A DNA stretch of 15,817 bases from Pseudothermotoga sp. (GTDB taxonomy: Bacteria; Thermotogota; Thermotogae; Thermotogales; DSM-5069), in the NCBI GenBank assembly GCA_041640575.1, contig JBEPZZ010000038.1, positions 1 to 15,817 of the forward strand, written 5' to 3'. Shown piece by piece: positions 9,290 through 15,574 of the stretch. A model generated the notes under the pieces. The model had not been told where the DNA came from and searched no databases. It saw only the letters and a program-made list of their open reading frames with translations. Both the position numbers and the translations under genes were made by a program. Each line of letters opens with the position of its first letter. The first letter of the stretch is position 1.

Positions 9290-9318
9290 ATTATACTATA
9301 TATGGTATTTTGAGTCAA
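9290..9318 (-). promoter_or_regulatory. Sigma70-type promoter of nrdJ
   Basis: TTGACT (9318-9313), 17 bp, TATAAT (9295-9290). Confidence 0.85.
9293..9308. promoter_or_regulatory. NrdR box 1
   Basis: ATACTATATATGGTAT fits the NrdR consensus acaCwAtATaTwGtgt and lies in the nrdJ promoter spacer, overlapping the -10. Confidence 0.8.
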
Positions 9319-9322
9319 GAAT

Positions 9323-9338
9323 ATACTACTTATTGTGT
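9323..9338. promoter_or_regulatory. NrdR box 2
   Basis: ATACTACTTATTGTGT, 30 bp from box 1, overlapping the rex stop codon. Confidence 0.7.
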
Positions 9339-9953
9339 ATTGCGTGAGATAAAGTGGACTAGAGTTTTGAAAAAGACAGTTATGTCCACGTACTCAACTG
9401 GTATGGAGCAGGTTAAGGTAACCGGTGCAAAGCATATTATACCCCTTATTCCAAGTTTTTCCAACTTTTCGGCTAAGGGATTAGCTACTTCGGCTGGAAC
9501 TGCCAAAACAGCTATTTCTGGTTTGTTTTTTACAACAAATTCATCGAGTTCTTCTATACTCTTCACAATTAGTTCTTGGCTCACTTGGGTTCCAATCTTT
9601 CTTTTGTCTGAGTCAAAAATCGCTACAATTTTGAAATTGTCTTTCTCGATTTGTTTATATCTCGCTAGCGCTTTTCCAATATTCCCAGCTCCGAGTATTA
9701 TCACTGACCATTGCTTATTCAATCCAAGAATCTCCCTGATTTTTTCCCTCAGTTCCTTTACGGAATACCCTACACCTCTACGGCCAAACGCTCCAAAGAA
9801 GGAGAGATCTTTTCGTACTTGTGAATCTTTTATCTTGAGCATCTTTGACAATTCCTTGGAAGAGACTTTTTCAATCTTGTTTTGTTGAAGCCTCTCCAAA
9901 CACCGATAATAAACCGCTAATCTTCGCACTACTGGCTTTGGAATTCTGCTCAA
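9330..9953 (-). CDS. rex: Redox-sensing transcriptional repressor Rex
   Basis: IPKPVVRRLAVYYRCL, QVRKDLSFFGAFGRRGVGY and Rossmann GAGNIG. I prefer TTG at 9953 (SD GGGGTG 7 nt upstream) over the ORF-track ATG at 9968. Confidence 0.96.
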   Translation of the reverse strand: MSRIPKPVVRRLAVYYRCLERLQQNKIEKVSSKELSKMLKIKDSQVRKDLSFFGAFGRRGVGYSVKELREKIREILGLNKQWSVIILGAGNIGKALARYKQIEKDNFKIVAIFDSDKRKIGTQVSQELIVKSIEELDEFVVKNKPEIAVLAVPAEVANPLAEKLEKLGIRGIICFAPVTLTCSIPVEYVDITVFFKTLVHFISRNTQ

Positions 9954-9966
9954 GACACACCACCCC

Positions 9967-9984
9967 ATGTTATACTTTTCACAA
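9967..9984. promoter_or_regulatory. Rex operator upstream of rex
   Basis: Minus strand TTGTGAA-AAGT-ATAACAT against consensus TTGTGAA-N4-TTCACAA; immediately downstream of TATAAT (9994-9989). Confidence 0.75.
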
Positions 9985-10315
9985 ATTAATTATACACTAC
10001 AGAACAAAAAAGTCCTACGAAAATCCCATCGTTCTTATTCTGAAAACTTATTGGCAATACATGGTGTATGAGAGAAAAAGTTCAACTAAAGCATTGGAGG
10101 TTGCTCGAATTGAAAGTATTAAAAACGCTTTTCTTCTATGAGCTTGCAACGGCAGTATGTAAGTGATGAGAGGGAACTTCGCAACAGTAAAAATTTAATG
10201 TTAAAGAATAAATCATTTTCAAAGCGCAAAGTTGAGTAATCAGTGTTAAAATCAATTTAGCATAGAAACAAAGATTATGTTTTGGCTTATGAGAACAATG
10301 TTGGAGGTGAAAGTT

Positions 10316-11287
10316 ATGAGTATGAATATAGTTCCTGAATTTGTGTTGAAAGATGCTTACGGCAATGAATTTAGTTCCAAAAGTTTGCTAGGAGAGTATT
10401 GGGTCGTCTATTTTTACCCGAAAGCTGGAACACCAGGTTGTAACATTGAAGCTGATGAATTCACCAAACACATCGAAGAGTTCGATGGTAAAGTTGTTGG
10501 TATTTCTCCGGATGATCAGCCGGCTCTTTGTAGGTTTATAGATACTCGAAAGTTAAAAGTTACCCTTTTGAGTGATCCTGACAAGATAGTTGCCGAAAAA
10601 TTTGGCGTCGTTGAAAATGGTAAGATTGTGCGATCAACTTTCATTACAGATCCGTTTGGGAGAATAAGAAGAGTTTGGACTCGAGTTGAAGTCAACGGAC
10701 ATGCCGAGGAAGTCCTTGCGGAATTCAGAAGAATAAAGGAAGAAGATAAAACAATAAGTCCTGATATTCTTGCAAGAAGAGCCTACAGGGGTTTGCGTAC
10801 TGATCCAATAGCCGAAGAAGATCTCTTGAAATTAATTCAGGCGGCGCACCTTGCACCGTCCTGTTTTAACAACCAGCCTTGGAGATATATTCTTGTTACT
10901 GAAAGGCAGATGCTTGAAAAACTGTGGGAAAGTCTTTCTTCAGGAAATTACTGGATGAAAAATGCACCAGCGATGATTGTCGTTTACACAAAGGAAGACT
11001 TTGACTGTAAGCTTAGTGACGGTCGAAATTACGCTTTGTTCGACACTGGCCTTTCGGTGGGTTTTCTGATAACTCAAGCCACAAGGATGGGACTGGTTGC
11101 ACATCCAGTTGCAGGATACGATCCAATAAAGGTCAAGGAACTTTTTGGCCTGGACGGCATTGTTATAACTTTGATCGCAGTTGGCAAACGTGGTAACTTT
11201 GAATCGTTAAATGAAAAGCATCTTGAAAGAGAGTTTGGAGAAAGACAAAGAAAACCACTAGAAGAAATCTTGAAGATTTATCACTAA
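10316..11287 (+). CDS. Peroxiredoxin (BCP/PrxQ)-nitroreductase fusion protein
   Basis: N-domain YFYPKAGTPGC (PxxxTxxC), GISPD, LLSDPD, RSTF; C-domain RRAYR, APSCFNNQPW, DTG. SD GGAGGTG supports ATG 10316 (or 10322) rather than 10277. Confidence 0.93.
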   Translation: MSMNIVPEFVLKDAYGNEFSSKSLLGEYWVVYFYPKAGTPGCNIEADEFTKHIEEFDGKVVGISPDDQPALCRFIDTRKLKVTLLSDPDKIVAEKFGVVENGKIVRSTFITDPFGRIRRVWTRVEVNGHAEEVLAEFRRIKEEDKTISPDILARRAYRGLRTDPIAEEDLLKLIQAAHLAPSCFNNQPWRYILVTERQMLEKLWESLSSGNYWMKNAPAMIVVYTKEDFDCKLSDGRNYALFDTGLSVGFLITQATRMGLVAHPVAGYDPIKVKELFGLDGIVITLIAVGKRGNFESLNEKHLEREFGERQRKPLEEILKIYH

Positions 11288-11348
11288 AAATAATCCGTAT
11301 TAATTGACATTACAGCAAAATAAGATTTCAAAATTCTTTCGAAAAGCT

Positions 11349-11645
11349 CTAGAAGCTGTAAACTGAATGTACACGGCAAATTTTTTGCTCTTTCAGATTT
11401 TGCTTCTTTTCTTTCCAGAATCTTGAGCACTGATGCTAGTTTTCTTCAAATCTTTCGCCAGTTACAACATTGAGGCTGCTAGTAATTACATGGTGAACAT
11501 AGATTTTTTCGTCGTTTAATACTTTGTTTAAAACCTCAATGACTAGAATGTCTTTGAATTTCCTAAGTGCAAAACAAGACTCTGCTTGGGCACTTTTTTG
11601 AATATGTTTCAAAAGATTAATTAAAGATTTTCATCGCTTCTAGTA
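11349..11645 (-). pseudogene. Decayed HEAT-repeat (PBS lyase-like) protein gene remnant
   Basis: Manual translation: EAM(K, +1 frameshift in an A run near 11630)SLINLLKHIQKSAQAESCFALRKFKDILVIEVLNKVLNDEKIYVHHVITSSLNVVTGERFEEN*HQCSRFWKEKK. HEAT-like periodicity; internal TAG at 11438-11436. Confidence 0.5.
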
Positions 11646-11991
11646 ACATGTCTTATTTTGTTTCATATTAAAGTCCCTTTTTGGAAAACAACCACACCCA
11701 GCGTAGTAGCAAATTTAATATTGGGGTTCGACTTACCATCGCTTCTTGATTGGGAAATAGAATGACATTTTCAGTATCTCTTCAGGTTGCCAGAGTAATG
11801 CAATCTATTTCTTATCCATAAGTAGAAGGCAATTAACAAGGCCCGTTGTAATCTTCATACGATGCGCTAATCTTTGAAACTACCACATCTTACCGAAAGC
11901 TGCACTTTTTTGATCTTTATACAGTCAGGTATAATAATACTTGTTGATTTTCAAATGCCTAAAAATGTTTGAAGTTCTTGGGGGTGCATAA

Positions 11992-12417
11992 ATGCTTATC
12001 AAACGGCTTGGAAATAGTTTTGCCATTAGAATCGAGCCAGGCGAAAAGGTCGTTGAAGCTCTTGCAGAATTTGCAAGGCAAGAGAACGTTGGCTTTGCTT
12101 ATTTTTGGGCTATAGGTGGTATGAGCACGGTGAAGTTTCTTTATGTGGATTTGAATAAAAACTTTCGAACCAATTTTGAGCTGAACGAACAGTGTGAAGT
12201 TTTGAGTTTGATCGGAAATATCACCCGTGATGATAAAAATGAACCATTTATCCACGCACACATTGTCTTGGGAAAGTCTGATGGTTCTGTCATTGGAGGT
12301 CATTTAGTTGAAGGCTCTGTGTATCCGATGCTCGAGATTTTTTTGAAAAGTTTTCCCAGTGAAAGAATCAACAGAAAGTTGGACGCTGAAACGAAAGCCA
12401 TGTTTTGGGACATTTGA
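11992..12417 (+). CDS. PPC/DUF296 domain protein
   Basis: AIGG, EVLSLIGNI, HAHIVLG and IGGHL motifs; SD GGGGTG; TATAAT at 11930-11935. Confidence 0.92.
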   Translation: MLIKRLGNSFAIRIEPGEKVVEALAEFARQENVGFAYFWAIGGMSTVKFLYVDLNKNFRTNFELNEQCEVLSLIGNITRDDKNEPFIHAHIVLGKSDGSVIGGHLVEGSVYPMLEIFLKSFPSERINRKLDAETKAMFWDI

Positions 12418-12418
12418 C

Positions 12419-13420
12419 TCAAACGGCTTTATTAGCAAATCTTTTGCGAACTTCGTATATCTCATCCGTCAAGTCTTCTGAAATGGCTCTTACCTGATTT
12501 TTACTGACAACGTAATAACCTTCCTTCAGAATCTTTCCAATAATGGTTGCCTTTATTCTTTTTTTAGCCAGTGCATCAATCAGTTTATCGGCGTTTTTTG
12601 TGCATATTAACATAGATCCACTTGAAATTAGCTTTAATGGATTGATGTTGAAGAATTCGCAAATTTGCTTTGTTTCTTCAAGAACCGGTACTTGGTCCTC
12701 CCAAAGTTCGAATCCTACCTTCGAAGCCTTTGCTAACTCAAAGATTGCTCCAATTAATCCTCCCTCAGTTATATCATGCATCGCCGATACACCTATTTGA
12801 GAGGCAACTAAGCCTTCTTCGACCACACTTATATGTTCTATAAAGCTTTGCGCTTTCTTTATGAATTGCTCCGAGAATTTCTTGCGAAGTAATTCTTCAA
12901 AATCTGAAGCTAAGATTGACGTTCCTTCTAAACCTATGTGTTTCGTAACGACTATCCAATCACCTGGTTTGGCACCTGAAGACGTGACAAATTTCTGTTT
13001 CTCAACCTTGCCAATTGCCGTTGTACAAATCAAAGGTCTTCTGACGGAATCAGTAACTTCGGTATGCCCACCGACAACTTCTATTTGAAGCTTGTTACAG
13101 GCCCTGTCTATTTCTTTCATTAGATTTGACAGATCATCTTGTTCGGCATCTGGCGGCAAAAGAATTGCGACCAAAATTGCTATTGGTTTTGCCCCGCAAG
13201 CTGCAAGATCGTTGCAAGCCACATAAACTGACAAATAACCACTCATTGCATCGGCACAAGTTATTGGATCAACGGTGACAACAGCTAGATTTTCTTGAAG
13301 ATCAATTGCTGCAGCATCTTCTCCATATTGTGAATGTAAAACCACTTCTTTTCGTATTGTGCCTAGGTTTGTAAAAACTAGTCTTTCAAGAACTTCTCGT
13401 GGAATTTTTCCAAGTTTCAC
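12419..13420 (-). CDS. AIR synthase-related (PurM/HypE/ThiL superfamily) ATP-dependent protein of unknown function
   Basis: GEDAA, DPIT, NDLAACGA, GGHTE, AKPGD, MHDITEGGL and LISSGSM motifs; SD GAGGTG before the GTG. Confidence 0.9.
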   Translation of the reverse strand: MKLGKIPREVLERLVFTNLGTIRKEVVLHSQYGEDAAAIDLQENLAVVTVDPITCADAMSGYLSVYVACNDLAACGAKPIAILVAILLPPDAEQDDLSNLMKEIDRACNKLQIEVVGGHTEVTDSVRRPLICTTAIGKVEKQKFVTSSGAKPGDWIVVTKHIGLEGTSILASDFEELLRKKFSEQFIKKAQSFIEHISVVEEGLVASQIGVSAMHDITEGGLIGAIFELAKASKVGFELWEDQVPVLEETKQICEFFNINPLKLISSGSMLICTKNADKLIDALAKKRIKATIIGKILKEGYYVVSKNQVRAISEDLTDEIYEVRKRFANKAV

Positions 13421-13482
13421 AAAATCACCTCAAGAAACAGTATATACTCAAAATAAAGCTCAAGAAATTAAGGGGTGGGAAA

Positions 13483-14454
13483 ATGAAGATTTTCGATGCT
13501 CATTCAGACATTTGGTACAACGTTGGTGTGAGAATGAATCAAACTGAAGAAAGTGTCTTAGACAAATGGCATTTACCACAACTGAGAGAAGGTAAAGTTT
13601 TTGGCGTTAATGCTGCGCTATGGACTAAACCTGATAGTAAAAACCCAAATGAAAGGTTTATTAAGCTGCTTGGAGCTAGATCACGTGAGCTGAGGAAGAT
13701 AGGTAAAGAGAACGATAATTTTGTGATTGCGATTGATTATCAAGACATAAAGAGAGCAATTGAGACTGGCAAAATCTTTGTTCTGTCAAGCATTGAAGGG
13801 TTGATTGGTATAGGGAAAAACTTGAACTTTCTTTACACTTTACGCGAACTTGGGTTTAGAATAATCAGTTTGACTTGGAACGAGGAAAATGATCTTGCAG
13901 CTGGATGCGGAAGTCAAGACCCAAGCAAAGGGCTGACCAGTCTTGGCAGGAAAGCTGTAGAAACTGCGGAAGAACTAGGAATGATTCTAGACGTATCTCA
14001 TTTAAGTGAAAGAAGTTTCTGGGATCTAATGAAAATCTCAAAAAAACCCATACTTGCTACTCACTCAAACTGTTATAGTTTGTGTGAAACTCCAAGAAAT
14101 CTCAAAGATGAACAAATCAAGGCTATTGCGCAAAAGCAAGGAATCATAGGTATAAGTGCTTTACCAAAAATAGTCGATCGAGAGAAACCGACTATAGAAA
14201 AAGTTGTTGAGCACGTTAAGTACGCTGTCAATCTAGTGGGTATTGAACATGTCGGACTTGGACTTGATTTTTCAGATTATTTGAACGATCTTTTAAACAA
14301 GCGTGTGTTAGATAATCGGCTAACCACTGGACTTGAAGATGCCAGTAAGCTGCCAAAACTCGTTCAACTTCTTGAAGATAATGGATTTTCAAAAGAAGAA
14401 ATAGAGAGAATTTGTTTTCTGAACTTTATCGAGTTTTTCAAGAAAGTGCTCTAA
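13483..14454 (+). CDS. Peptidase M19 (membrane/renal dipeptidase family) metallo-dipeptidase
   Basis: DAHSD, SIEG, LTWNEEN, DVSH, THSN, RNLKDEQ and GLGLDF motifs. ATG 13483 has SD GGGGTG; the 13399 start would overlap the divergent gene. Confidence 0.93.
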   Translation: MKIFDAHSDIWYNVGVRMNQTEESVLDKWHLPQLREGKVFGVNAALWTKPDSKNPNERFIKLLGARSRELRKIGKENDNFVIAIDYQDIKRAIETGKIFVLSSIEGLIGIGKNLNFLYTLRELGFRIISLTWNEENDLAAGCGSQDPSKGLTSLGRKAVETAEELGMILDVSHLSERSFWDLMKISKKPILATHSNCYSLCETPRNLKDEQIKAIAQKQGIIGISALPKIVDREKPTIEKVVEHVKYAVNLVGIEHVGLGLDFSDYLNDLLNKRVLDNRLTTGLEDASKLPKLVQLLEDNGFSKEEIERICFLNFIEFFKKVL

Positions 14455-14465
14455 TTGAAAAGTAG

Positions 14466-14495
14466 AGGGGAGCTTGACTCCCCTGTTTATTGTTT
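14466..14495 (+). terminator. Intrinsic terminator after the dipeptidase, possibly also serving the convergent PadR operon
   Basis: AGGGGAG-CTTGA-CTCCCCT followed by GTTTATTGTTT; the minus strand gives CTACTTTT after the stem. Confidence 0.75.
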
Positions 14496-14523
14496 GAGAA
14501 CGTTATTTGCTTTCAGTTTAACC

Positions 14524-14811
14524 CTATTCTTTCTTTTCAAGTGACTGAAGCTTCTTCTCAACGTATTCGAGTTCTTGCTTGAGCCAATTTACATAGTCTT
14601 TCAACGATGTGATGTCTTCTTCTTCTTCGCAACTGCAGGTACAAACATGCTGACTTTTCTCGTGATATTCAGAATCGTGCTGACAGTATCCATGTTCATG
14701 GCAGCAAGAGTGTTCATGACTGTGTCTTCTTTCGTGCGTGTGACAACAGCAGTGACAGCAACACTTGGAACAACAGCAATTACAGCAGCAGCAACAGTGA
14801 CAAGAACACAT
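14524..14811 (-). CDS. Cys/His-rich metallothionein-like protein with C-terminal coiled coil
   Basis: AGGAGG SD 8 nt before the ATG, 4 nt after the PadR stop. 22 Cys and 12 His in the first 61 aa. Cys codons alternate TGT/TGC at the third position. Heptad tail LKDYVNWLKQELEYVEKKLQSLE. Confidence 0.8.
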   Translation of the reverse strand: MCSCHCCCCCNCCCSKCCCHCCCHTHERRHSHEHSCCHEHGYCQHDSEYHEKSQHVCTCSCEEEEDITSLKDYVNWLKQELEYVEKKLQSLEKKE

Positions 14812-14815
14812 ATTC

Positions 14816-15175
14816 TCAACCTCCTTTTTGAATAAAATCAGTCAGTCTTTCGATAAGCCCCATGTAATCTTTTGATTTTAAGACCCACTGTTTCAGATAT
14901 TCTTCACCTTTTGGAGTAATTTTATAGATGCGCCTTGCTGGTCCTACACCAGAAATTTGCCATTGCGATTCAACTAATGCTTCATGTTCCAAATTTCTAA
15001 GCACGCGATAAATGATACTTGGATGGTATTTTGAAACGCTAAAGCCAAGTTCTTCAAGATCTGAGAGAACTGAATAACCATGAGATGGGCTGTTTTTTAT
15101 CACTGCCAAGATTGCTACTTTCAAAATGTCTCTGCCATACTGATTCCAGAGGCAGCACTTGTTGTAATTTGGCAT
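14816..15175 (-). CDS. PadR-family winged-helix transcriptional regulator
   Basis: PSHGY, IIYRVLRNLEHEALVESQW and GPARRIYKITPKGEEYL motifs. In-frame ATG 15175 has SD AGGTGG 8 nt upstream; the ORF track starts at GTG 15187. Confidence 0.93.
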   Translation of the reverse strand: MPNYNKCCLWNQYGRDILKVAILAVIKNSPSHGYSVLSDLEELGFSVSKYHPSIIYRVLRNLEHEALVESQWQISGVGPARRIYKITPKGEEYLKQWVLKSKDYMGLIERLTDFIQKGG

Positions 15176-15212
15176 GGCATAAACCACCTGTTTGTACTTA
15201 GTTCTCAGTAAT

Positions 15213-15245
15213 ACTATAACACATATATGTACATTTTGTACATAT
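15213..15245 (-). promoter_or_regulatory. Extended -10 promoter and palindromic operator of the padR operon
   Basis: Minus strand TGt-TATAGT (15221-15213). Perfect inverted repeat ATATGTACA-TTT-TGTACATAT (15225-15245) covers the spacer and -35 region. Confidence 0.7.
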
Positions 15246-15574
15246 GTGCAATTTTTAATTCAAGAACATTGTTCCAGGTTCTAGGCAAAGCATCAGCTTG
15301 GTACAAGCTGATTTTGAAATAAAACCTAGTTTCTTCGAAACCAAGTACTGCAGGCTAAATGAAAATTTAAAGCAGCAGCAACAGACAAATAAACAAATGG
15401 AACGTTACGAAAAGTGCCAGCAAGAACAAAGCATTGATGTAATGAATATTAACTTTCTGGTGAGGATTTGAAAATTTATCTATCTTGGTATCTACGATGG
15501 ATTATATAAGAACCTCGTGATGGATCATTGTACTAGTCCATTTGCCAAGTATCAAGTTGTTATTCATGAGACAG

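Noticed and set aside
6747..9330. Intein, intron or cobalamin riboswitch associated with nrdJ
   Set aside because: The frame is continuous with normal length and motif spacing and shows no intein terminal motifs. The leader is about 20 nt, too short for a riboswitch.
9310..10141. 192-aa and 98-aa plus-strand ORFs
   Set aside because: Antisense to rex and its promoter; no recognisable family or SD.
10200..10225. Fur/PerR-like box upstream of the peroxiredoxin fusion (TGAAAATGATTTATT on the minus strand)
   Set aside because: Only one half-site matches, which is expected by chance in AT-rich DNA.
12419..13420. Naming the AIR-synthase-like gene hypE, thiL or selD
   Set aside because: It lacks the HypE C-terminal PRIC and the SelD N-terminal Cys/Sec motif, and there is no pathway context.
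11959..13547. Short ORFs overlapping the DUF296, AIR-synthase-like and dipeptidase genes
   Set aside because: Shadow frames of supported genes.
14740..14805. CAG/CAA-rich tract as a microsatellite or CRISPR-like repeat
   Set aside because: No fixed repeat-spacer structure; explained by poly-Cys coding.
14601..14819. Alternative 72-aa Val/Ala-rich ORF that looks like a signal peptide, in another minus frame
   Set aside because: Its TTG abuts the SD with no spacer. The hydrophobic run is the shifted reading of TGY Cys codons, with variation at codon position 2.
14575..14835. 86-aa plus-strand Thr/Ala-rich ORF
   Set aside because: Antisense shadow of the Cys-rich gene; no SD.
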